A DNA stretch of 64,000 nucleotides from Desulfomicrobium sp. (GTDB lineage Bacteria; Desulfobacterota; Desulfovibrionia; Desulfovibrionales; Desulfomicrobiaceae), in the NCBI GenBank assembly GCA_040768745.1, contig JAXGMI010000001.1, positions 96,001 through 160,000 on the forward strand, in the 5' to 3' direction. Shown piece after piece: positions 10,563-18,741 of the stretch (position 1 is its first letter; each line of letters begins with the position of its first letter). Under the pieces are notes generated by a model. That model was not told the origin of the DNA. It made no database searches and was given only the letters and a program-made list of their open reading frames with translations. A program made the position numbers and the translations under genes.

Positions 10563-10683
10563 CAGGCCTCCTTGTTGACGGATGGTTGCAGGGAAGCTAG
10601 TCCAGGGCAAAGCGTCCGTGACCAGCCTCATGGACAGGCTTTTTCGTCGCGTCAATACCTTCTTCCTTCCTGAGGAGGTCTGG

Positions 10684-11898
10684 GTGGAGAGCATCCGGGA
10701 GATTTTCCGCGTCGGCGCCGGTCCGTCCAGCAGCCACACCATGGGGCCCAAACGTGCGGCCGAAATGTTTCGCGGGCGCTATCCCCAGGCCGCTGGCTTC
10801 CGGGTCATCCTGTACGAGAGCCTGGCCGCCACTGGCAGGGGGCACCTTACCGATCAGGCCATCACCGCGGCTCTGGCCCCCCTGCCGGTGGAAATTCTGT
10901 GGTCCCCGGACGAACGGCGTCCCGAGCACCCCAATGCCATGAGCCTGATGGCCTTGGACGTCACGGGCAACGTCATCGGAGAGTTGACCGTGTTCAGCAT
11001 TGGCGGAGGCGCCCTGCGGGAAGAAGGGCAGCAGGATACGCTTCGGTCCATATATCCCCAGTCCACACTGACCGAGATCATGGATCTCTGCTCCGAAGAG
11101 GGGATTACGTTCTGGGAGTACGTGGAACGCCTGGAAGGGCCGGAAATATGGGGTTTCCTGGACTGCATCTGGGCCGCCATGAGCGCAAGCATCGAACGGG
11201 GGCTGACCACGGAAGGCGTTCTGCCCGGCGGGCTCAGACTGCCCCGCAGAGCCTGCTCCTTTCACCAGAAGGCCCTGCTCGGAGGAGCTGAACTGCGGCA
11301 AACCGGGCTGCTGACCTCCTATGCCCTGGCCGTGTCCGAGGAGAATGCGGCCTGCGGCACCATCGTCACGGCCCCGACCTGCGGCGCCAGCGGCGTGCTT
11401 CCGGCCGTCCTGCGCTACCTGCAGGAAAGCATCGGCTCACGGCACAGGGCCCTGCTGCAGGCCCTGGCCACGGCAGGCCTCATCGGTCAGGTCATCCGCA
11501 CCAACGCCTCCATCTCCGGGGCCGAGGTGGGCTGTCAGGGCGAGGTGGGTTCGGCCTGCGCCATGGCCGCCGCCGCGGCGAGCCAGCTCATGGGAGGGAC
11601 CATCCGTCAGATCGAATACGCAGCGGAGATGGGGCTGGAGCATCATCTGGGCCTGACCTGCGACCCTGTCGGCGGTCTGGTCCAAATTCCATGCATCGAG
11701 CGCAACGCCTGCGCCGCCACCAGGGCCCTGAGCATTGCCCAGATGGTCCTCCTCTCGGATGGAACGCACCGCATCCCTTTTGACGAGGTGGTGCGGGTCA
11801 TGAAAGAAACCGGCCATGACTTGCCCAGCCTGTACCGCGAAACGGCTCATGGCGGCTTGGCCAAGGCGTACTGGGAACGCAAGGACAAAAGAGGATAA
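10684..11898 (+). CDS. sdaA: L-serine ammonia-lyase, Fe-S dependent, single chain
   Basis: GPSSSHTMGP, TAPTCGASG, GAEVGCQGE, LTCDPVGGLVQIPCIERN; GTG start after GAGGAGG. Confidence 0.92.
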   Translation: MESIREIFRVGAGPSSSHTMGPKRAAEMFRGRYPQAAGFRVILYESLAATGRGHLTDQAITAALAPLPVEILWSPDERRPEHPNAMSLMALDVTGNVIGELTVFSIGGGALREEGQQDTLRSIYPQSTLTEIMDLCSEEGITFWEYVERLEGPEIWGFLDCIWAAMSASIERGLTTEGVLPGGLRLPRRACSFHQKALLGGAELRQTGLLTSYALAVSEENAACGTIVTAPTCGASGVLPAVLRYLQESIGSRHRALLQALATAGLIGQVIRTNASISGAEVGCQGEVGSACAMAAAAASQLMGGTIRQIEYAAEMGLEHHLGLTCDPVGGLVQIPCIERNACAATRALSIAQMVLLSDGTHRIPFDEVVRVMKETGHDLPSLYRETAHGGLAKAYWERKDKRG

Positions 11899-11902
11899 CT
11901 GC

Positions 11903-12868
11903 ATGCACAGAGATGAAGAGGAATTCGAGGACCTTCCCTCAAGCAGGGAGCCCGCTGAACCCCACAGCCGGGCCAAGGAACTCAAACTTTTTACTATGTG
12001 TTTGAAAAAATTTATTAAAAAGGTTTTCCAGCACATGGTGGCAACGCGTTTTTCATCCTGGAAAGAGCTGGCCATCCACGAACAGGACGGACTTGCCTAC
12101 CCCATCTACAACTACATCATCGACGCGACGGACACCCGCCTCCGCCAGATCTATGCCGGATACGGGCTGGACATCGAAGGCGGGCAGCTCCTCCTGGCCG
12201 ATTTGTCGGTGTCTGCCATTCTGGAGGAAGAAGGCGCCATCGGGCTGGAATTTTATCTCTACGAAACCACGTCCATCGTGCCCTATGTCTGCGACGATTT
12301 TGCTGCCATTGAAAATGAACGACCGGACATGTCCCATTTCCATCGCATCAACCACGCGGATTTCGAGACGCTGTACGACGAACTCAAATCTCACGACATC
12401 TTTGACGATCTCTACTACGAGCTGAACAAATCCATTCTGCTCATCGAGCTGTCCGAGCGCGAGATCCTGGCTCAAATCAAAAAAGACAGCCTGCGCATCA
12501 TCTCCGGCATCTTCGCCCGGGCCAAGTCCATCTCCAATCTGAGCACCATCACCAACACCGACATCAAGGAATTCAAACTTGATTTTGCCGTGGAGGGCCG
12601 GAACTTCTCCATGGTCATCCTCAACGGACATGATGCCGAGAACCGGCCCGTCTACTCCTCGGTCCTGACCATGCCGGAGTACAAATCCGTGGCCCAGTAC
12701 GTGGACCTGGACAACCTGTATGAAAAACTCCTCAAGGTGCTCAGGACCAAGAACATCCCTGACCCGGAAGGCACCCTGCTAACCGCCCTCAAACTTCACG
12801 ACGCCGCCGGAAAGCCGGGCAGCCTGGTCACAGCCCTGGCCGAACCGCGCTTTGATTCCGCACCTTGA
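11903..12868 (+). CDS. Hypothetical acidic protein
   Basis: Host-like codon usage, RBS GAGG, no recognised motif. Confidence 0.7.
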   Translation: MHRDEEEFEDLPSSREPAEPHSRAKELKLFTMCLKKFIKKVFQHMVATRFSSWKELAIHEQDGLAYPIYNYIIDATDTRLRQIYAGYGLDIEGGQLLLADLSVSAILEEEGAIGLEFYLYETTSIVPYVCDDFAAIENERPDMSHFHRINHADFETLYDELKSHDIFDDLYYELNKSILLIELSEREILAQIKKDSLRIISGIFARAKSISNLSTITNTDIKEFKLDFAVEGRNFSMVILNGHDAENRPVYSSVLTMPEYKSVAQYVDLDNLYEKLLKVLRTKNIPDPEGTLLTALKLHDAAGKPGSLVTALAEPRFDSAP

Positions 12869-13098
12869 CCATTCGAATCATCCCAAGCTAGGTTTATTAT
12901 ATCGAGAATACGAATCTGCCGTTCCCCATTGGCAGAAATCTGCACACGGCGGCTGGGGCGCGAAACGCATGCCGTCGACAATTCCATGAATCTGTCCGGC
13001 AAGGGACGGGGCATTTCACAGATCCGGACAGTGCGCAGTCGTTTGGAAGATCACTCAAACAATAGAACACGTTATCACTTCCAACCAAGGAGTATACT

Positions 13099-13569
13099 AT
13101 GACACATCGTACACGGGCTTTCACAGCCACCCTTCTGCTTGTGTCCATGATGGGAATGCTCACGTCCTGCGCATCCAGCCGTTCAGGACAGGTCTATTCC
13201 AGGGATCAGGCCCGCCAGGAAATGAGGGTCCATTACGGGACCGTGAAGGAAGTCCGCATGGTCCAGATCGAGGGCACCCAGAGTGGTATCGGCACCGTGG
13301 CCGGCGGCGTGCTGGGCGGCGTGCTGGGCAGTTTTGTCGGCGGCGGCAGGGGACGAGTCATCGGTGCTACGGTCGGCGCCCTGGGCGGCGCAGCCGGTGG
13401 TGCCGTGACCGAATCAGCCGTGACCAAGAAGGACGGCGTGGAAGTAACTGTTGAACTGGATTCAGGAGAAATAGTGACCGTTGTCCAGGAAGCGGACATG
13501 CAGTTCTACACCGGCGACAGGATCCGCTTGCTGCGCGCCAATGACGGGACAGCCAGAGTGCTGCACTAA
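13099..13569 (+). CDS. Glycine-zipper outer membrane lipoprotein (SlyB/Pcp-like)
   Basis: Lipobox LTSC and GxxxG zipper. Confidence 0.88.
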   Translation: MTHRTRAFTATLLLVSMMGMLTSCASSRSGQVYSRDQARQEMRVHYGTVKEVRMVQIEGTQSGIGTVAGGVLGGVLGSFVGGGRGRVIGATVGALGGAAGGAVTESAVTKKDGVEVTVELDSGEIVTVVQEADMQFYTGDRIRLLRANDGTARVLH

Positions 13570-13594
13570 CACTCTTTCAACAAGGAGAAGCGCC

Positions 13595-14077
13595 TTGGAG
13601 ATTACCCTCGTTCCCATCAAGAACCCCCAGGGCCTGAACATGATCCTGGGCATGTCGCACTTCATCAAGACCGTGGAAGACGTTCACGAGGCCATGGTCA
13701 ACACCGTGCCTGGAGCAAAATTCGGGCTGGCTTTTTGTGAAGCGTCCGATGCCTGCCTGATCCGCACCACCGGCACGGATCCGGATCTCGTGGACCTGGC
13801 TACGCAAAACGCATTGGCTCTTTCCGCCGGACACAGCTTCATCCTGTTCATGCGCGACATGTTTCCCATCAATGTGGTCAATACACTTCAAAACGTGCCT
13901 GAAGTGGTGCGCCTTTTCTGCGCTTCGGCCAATCCGGTGCAGGCCATTGTGGCGCAGACCGAACAGGGCCGGGGCATCCTGGGGGTGGTGGACGGTTTCG
14001 CCTCCAAGGGTGTCGAAGGCGAGGAAGACAAGGCCAAACGGGCAAAACTACTGCGAATGATCGGGTACAAATTCTGA
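13595..14077 (+). CDS. Adenosine-specific kinase family protein (DUF355)
   Basis: ILGMSHFIKTVED, FCEAS, ANPVQ...QGRGILGVVDG; TTG start after AAGGAG. Confidence 0.85.
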   Translation: MEITLVPIKNPQGLNMILGMSHFIKTVEDVHEAMVNTVPGAKFGLAFCEASDACLIRTTGTDPDLVDLATQNALALSAGHSFILFMRDMFPINVVNTLQNVPEVVRLFCASANPVQAIVAQTEQGRGILGVVDGFASKGVEGEEDKAKRAKLLRMIGYKF

Positions 14078-14418
14078 ACAATAGCGTTCCCTGTTCTGGT
14101 GGTGGCGATCTGACTCGGCAACCACCACCAGAACTTCATACCGTGCCGCGACCTTTTCAGCCTGCAGGGCGGCATGGAAACACGCCTCTTTTTCGAATCC
14201 CCGTAACTCCGTGCCACCCCGGGGACCTCCGCGCGCTGGCCAGATGATACCATATCCCTTTTCCCTGACCGAGGACGGACAGGCTCTTCCCCCACGCACC
14301 CCCAGGGTGCGGGCATCGCAAACCGCAATGGGTCGTCCGCGCTGCTTTGACATTCCGCATTGCCTCCGGATCAATGAATCCGTATGAATGCGTCGAATCT
14401 GCATCGAAGGAGACTCCC

Positions 14419-15336
14419 ATGGAACATGTTGACATCCTCATCATCGGACAGGGGCCTGCCGGACTTTCGGCGGCCATCTACACAGCCCGGGCCGGCATGA
14501 ATACCCTCATTCTTGGTTGCCCGCCCAAAATCGCCGGGGATTACGACATAGACAACTACTTTGGGTTTACCGAAACCATCACCGGCAAGGAACTGATCGA
14601 ACGCGGTCGGGCCCAGGCCGCCAGGTTCGGAGCGGAAATCCGCTGCGACCGGGTGCTCGGGATCCACCAGACAGAATCCGGCTCCTTTCTGGCCAAGACC
14701 GAGAACGAAGAAATAGAGGCGGCGGCACTGATCCTGGCCACGGGTGTGTCCCGCATCCGGCCCGGAATATCCAACCTGTCCGAGTACGAAGGCAAGGGTG
14801 TGTCCTACTGCGTGAGCTGCGATGGATTCTTTGTCCGCGGCAAGCAGGTGGTGGTGGTCGGCGAAGGCAATTTCGCCGCCAACCAGGCTCTGGAACTCCT
14901 GCAGTATACGCCAAACGTCAGCGTCTGCACCCAGGGAAAAAAATCGGCCATGAACGGCGAATTCCGAAATCGGCTGAAGGAACATGGCATCGACGTCATC
15001 CAGGACTCGATCACCTCCCTGGCCGGAGCTGACGGACTGGAAAAAGCCATCCTGGAAAGCGGTCGTGAACTGCCGGCCCAGGGCCTGTTCGTGGCCATGG
15101 GCGAGGCTTCGTCCAACGACTTCGCCTACAGTCTGGGACTGATCCGCAACGCTCAGTTCATCGATACGGACCGCGACCAGCGCACCAACATCCCCGGGGT
15201 CTTTGCCGCCGGGGACTGTGTGGGACGGTTTCTGCAGATCAGCGTGGCCGTTGGGGAGGGGGCTTTGGCTGGCCGCGGGGCCATCAGCCACGTCAAGGAG
15301 CGGCGCCGGGCTTCCCTTGACAAAGAGACTCGCTAG
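14419..15336 (+). CDS. Thioredoxin reductase-like FAD oxidoreductase
   Basis: GQGPAG, GVSYCVSCDG, TNIPGVFAAGD. Confidence 0.9.
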   Translation: MEHVDILIIGQGPAGLSAAIYTARAGMNTLILGCPPKIAGDYDIDNYFGFTETITGKELIERGRAQAARFGAEIRCDRVLGIHQTESGSFLAKTENEEIEAAALILATGVSRIRPGISNLSEYEGKGVSYCVSCDGFFVRGKQVVVVGEGNFAANQALELLQYTPNVSVCTQGKKSAMNGEFRNRLKEHGIDVIQDSITSLAGADGLEKAILESGRELPAQGLFVAMGEASSNDFAYSLGLIRNAQFIDTDRDQRTNIPGVFAAGDCVGRFLQISVAVGEGALAGRGAISHVKERRRASLDKETR

Positions 15337-15364
15337 GACATATCAACCGCAGGCTGTCACGAAC

Positions 15365-15440
15365 GGGCCTATAGCTCAGTTGGTAGAGCCCCCGGCTCAT
15401 AACCGGATGGTCCCAGGTTCGACCCCTGGTAGGCCCACCA
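15365..15440 (+). tRNA. tRNA with CAT anticodon, probably tRNA-Ile2 (lysidine); Met not excluded
   Basis: GGGCCTATAGCTCAGTTGGTAGAGC...CCGGCTCATAACCGG...GGTTCGACCC...GGCCCACCA; Ile-like acceptor stem. Confidence 0.9.
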
Positions 15441-15480
15441 TCACAACAAAAATGCCTGGAATTTCCGGGCTTTTTTTTAT

Positions 15481-15588
15481 GGCTCATCCGGTTAAAGCGT
15501 ACTTGGCCTCGTCAATCCCCAGAATCCTGAGTTTGAAGAACTCCTGGTCCTGGTAGCCGTACGCCTGCCTTTTGAGCGTCTTGATTTT
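15481..15588 (-). mobile_element. ISL3 3'-end fragment (108 bp)
   Basis: Copy of 16977-17084 with one mismatch; encodes KIKTLKRQAYGYQDQEFFKLRIL; GGCTC terminus. Confidence 0.85.
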
Positions 15589-15864
15589 CTTGCCTACGAC
15601 GACAACCAGGAGCCACCCGTTCCCCATTTCTTTGCGGTCTATGCACGACCGGCCACAACGGGGCAAAGGGCATAAAGGGGCAGGACCGTCCGACTGGGTC
15701 TCTGAAACCAAGAGTATCATCGGGACGCCGTTCTCAAGGCCGTCGCTGCACGCAAGGCATGCAATGACCGTGTTTTTGGGTTTGCCCTGCGGGGAGAATC
15801 GGCTGTGGTGCACCTGGCGACCAAGTGCCACTGAACGACCGTGCAGTGAAGCGGGGTTCTTGAC

Positions 15865-15898
15865 GGTTATACTTATTTTTCAATATATAAGTATAACC
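15865..15898 (+). promoter_or_regulatory. Perfect 12-bp inverted repeat overlapping the putative promoter of the nucleotidyltransferase gene
   Basis: GGTTATACTTAT-N10-ATAAGTATAACC between TTGACG (-35) and RBS AGGAGG. Confidence 0.7.
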
Positions 15899-15908
15899 AA
15901 GGAGGGAC

Positions 15909-16991
15909 ATGCAAAAATTTACCGCATTGCCGACGCAAGTCCACACCATGTACGCCCAACTTCTCGACCAGTGCCGAGAAGCCCGGTTCGTCGACGACTT
16001 TCCGGCCACTGGATCTTTCAAGAAAGTCACGGTCAAGGGCCGCGACTACTGGTATTACCAGTCCAGCAAACAAGAACAGGGCAAGGGCTACCAAAAGCAA
16101 AAGTATGTCGGCCCGGACAGTGAGAAAATCCGCGCCCTGATCGAACGCCACGCCCGATTGAAAGACGAGTACGGGCAGCGTCGGCAGATCGTGCGGACCT
16201 TCAAGCAGCTTGGCGTCATCACGCCTTCGGATATTGCCGGCGATTTGATTGAGCGGCTTGCCGCCCTGGGGACATTTCGAATGCGGGCTTGCCTGGTTGG
16301 AACCTTCGCTTTCCAGGTTTATGAAGGGCTTCTGGGCGTCAAATTCCCCAGAGAGTACGCCTACACTCAAGACCTGGACATTGCCCAATTCCGCGAGGTC
16401 AGCATTGCTGTCGCCGCCACGGACAAGGTCCCCTCGCTCTTGGAGGCGCTTCGGACGATTGATCCCTCCTTTGAGCCAACTTCATCCCTTGAACACAGCG
16501 ACCCTCCTTGTCGCTACAAAAATCGCGATGGCTATGTCGTGGATATTTTGGTGCCAAACCGCGGAGCCGACAAGGCCGCCGCCGAACCCCTGCCGGCTCT
16601 CGGCACTGCTGGCCAGCTTTTGCGCTACCTTGACTTTTTGATCTACCAGCCGGTCGAAGCCGTGGCGCTTCATGGCGGCGGCGTCCTCGTCAACGTGCCG
16701 GAACCGTCCCGTTTCGCGGTGCACAAGCTGATCGTTTCGCGAGTGCGCCCGGAGGTCCCAAAACGGGCCAAGGATTTGTGGCAGGCCAGCTGTCTTTTGA
16801 CGGTGCAACTCAGGCAGGACAGACACGGCCTGATGGATGCCTTCGCAGAAGCACTGGCTCGTGGCCCGAAGTGGATCCAAAACGTGCGGAAGGGACTTGA
16901 ATCCCTGGATGCTGACTTGCGGGAAGAATTGCGGACGGTCTTGGAGGCGCCAGTGAGCAAGACCGGTCTTAAAATTGGCTCATCCGGTTAA
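15909..16991 (+). CDS. GSU2403-family nucleotidyltransferase-fold protein
   Basis: LVGTFAF...TQDLDIA polbeta-type motif; VPEPSRFAVHKLIVS...KRAKDLWQA; N-terminal KGRDYWYYQ...KYVGPD region. Confidence 0.8.
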   Translation: MQKFTALPTQVHTMYAQLLDQCREARFVDDFPATGSFKKVTVKGRDYWYYQSSKQEQGKGYQKQKYVGPDSEKIRALIERHARLKDEYGQRRQIVRTFKQLGVITPSDIAGDLIERLAALGTFRMRACLVGTFAFQVYEGLLGVKFPREYAYTQDLDIAQFREVSIAVAATDKVPSLLEALRTIDPSFEPTSSLEHSDPPCRYKNRDGYVVDILVPNRGADKAAAEPLPALGTAGQLLRYLDFLIYQPVEAVALHGGGVLVNVPEPSRFAVHKLIVSRVRPEVPKRAKDLWQASCLLTVQLRQDRHGLMDAFAEALARGPKWIQNVRKGLESLDADLREELRTVLEAPVSKTGLKIGSSG

Positions 16992-18152
16992 AGCGTTCTT
17001 GGCCTCGTCAATCCCCAGAATCCTGAGTTTGAAGAACTCCTGGTCCTGGTAGCCGTACGCCTGCCTTTTGAGCGTCTTGATTTTGCTGTTGGTTCCTTCC
17101 ATGAGTCCGGAGGATATGGGATGGTTGTACCAAGCCAGGATGCCAGTTCGGTACATGGCCATGGTCTTGCCCATCTTCACCAAAGGGCCAACATCTGAAG
17201 CCAGGGCGCTGCTTATCCACTGCTCGAGACACTCGGCCGCGGCGGCCTTGTTCGGCTGCTTCCAGATCTGGCGCAGTTCCTCTTTGAGTTAGTAGGCCTT
17301 GGCCAACGGCTCATTGGCCCCAGCGCCTCTTGCAACCGCTCGTGCTCCTGCCGCTCCGGGTTGAGGTTTCCCGGATTCTTCAGCAGAATCCAGCGGCTGC
17401 CTTTGAGCACGTTCTTGCCCATCGTGTCCTGCAACTCGCGGTGGAGCTTGCGCCGCACCTCCGTAAGCCTGTCGTTCATCAGCTTCACCACATGGAAGTG
17501 GTCGAGCACCACGGCGACACCCGGCAGATGTTCGAGCACGGACCCGATATAGGCTGCGCTCATATCCGTCGCCACCGCCCGTATCCTGGCCCGAGAGCGC
17601 TTCAGGCGTTCCCAGTTTCAGGGAGTCAGCTCCTCGGCCGTCACCCACGAAGACAACCTTGCCGCTGCGCAGGTCCATCACCAGGGTCAGGTACTTGTGG
17701 CCTTTGCGGATACTGATCTCGTCAATGGCGATGTACTCAAGGCCGGCCAGGCTCGGCTTGCCGAAACGTCTGTGCAGATGCCGTTTGAGAATATCCTTGA
17801 CCACATCCCAGCCGACTCCCAGCAACATGGCAACGTCCAGCATCGTCATCGCCTTGGTCAGCGCCAGGACAAAACGCGCGAACGCCTTGGTGTGCCGCCG
17901 CCGCGGCTCGGCAATACGCAACTCGATCCGGCGGACAAGTCCACATGACGCACACCCAATCCGTGGCACCTCGTCGACCAGCCAGACAGGCTTGAAGCCA
18001 ACGGGCACCGTGCGCAGCCATCGCTTCGATACGCCACGGTGCAGGACATCGCGGCTTCGGCAGCATGGGCAGCGGACCAGCTTGCCCTTGGGGCGCACAT
18101 GCAGGAGGACGTTTCCCCCTACGAATTCCTGCCGGACGTAGTCATAGCCAGG
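16977..18152 (-). pseudogene. ISL3 family transposase, frameshifted and 5'-truncated
   Basis: Zinc finger CPCC...CASC, IAIDEISIRKGHKY, DMSAAY...DHFHVVK and EGTNSKIKTLKR spread over three frames. Confidence 0.88.
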
Positions 18153-18324
18153 CTCCCTCCGCTCCACCTTTGGAGCTTATCTGCCGATCCCACACAACAT
18201 CCTCAAAGACACTGGCACCGAATTATTCCTCAAATCCCATCCTCCTTTTTTCATTGAGCAAAATTATGCTAAATATTTTATACGACACTTTACATTAACA
18301 TTAAAAATGTCGCATAAAGACCCC

Positions 18325-18741
18325 ATGAGCTCACAAGATAACAAACTCACCATCGACGAAGTCAGCGGGCTGACCTCGGTGTCGCCGCGCACCATCCGGT
18401 TCTACATCCAGAGGGGGCTGGTGGACCGCCCGGTGGGGCAGCGCAAGGCCGCCCATTACACCAGGGACCATGTCCGCCAGTTGCTGGAGATCGAGAAATG
18501 GAAGGCGGCCGGGGTGTCCCTGGAGGCCATCCGGGGGATCATGGCCGGCGGGCAGGCCGGGTCCGGAATGCCTGACCCGGCGCGGCGGCCCGGCGAGATC
18601 CGCCTCTGCTCCAAAGTCTGGCTGGCGCCGGGCCTGGAACTGCACCTCGACCCTGCGGAACTGAAGCTCGACGCCGAACAGCTGCGGCGTCTGGCCGGGA
18701 AGATCGCCGACCTGGTTTCGTCCATGACCAACAAGGAGTGA
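18325..18741 (+). CDS. MerR-type HTH protein (alternative start 18307)
   Basis: TIDEVSGLTSVSPRTIRFYIQRGLVDRP. Confidence 0.85.
   Translation: MSSQDNKLTIDEVSGLTSVSPRTIRFYIQRGLVDRPVGQRKAAHYTRDHVRQLLEIEKWKAAGVSLEAIRGIMAGGQAGSGMPDPARRPGEIRLCSKVWLAPGLELHLDPAELKLDAEQLRRLAGKIADLVSSMTNKE

Noticed and set aside
15589..15680. Possible gene tail (AYDDNQEPPVPHFFAVYARP...) after the ISL3 fragment
   Set aside because: Too short to assign; it may be a deletion remnant.
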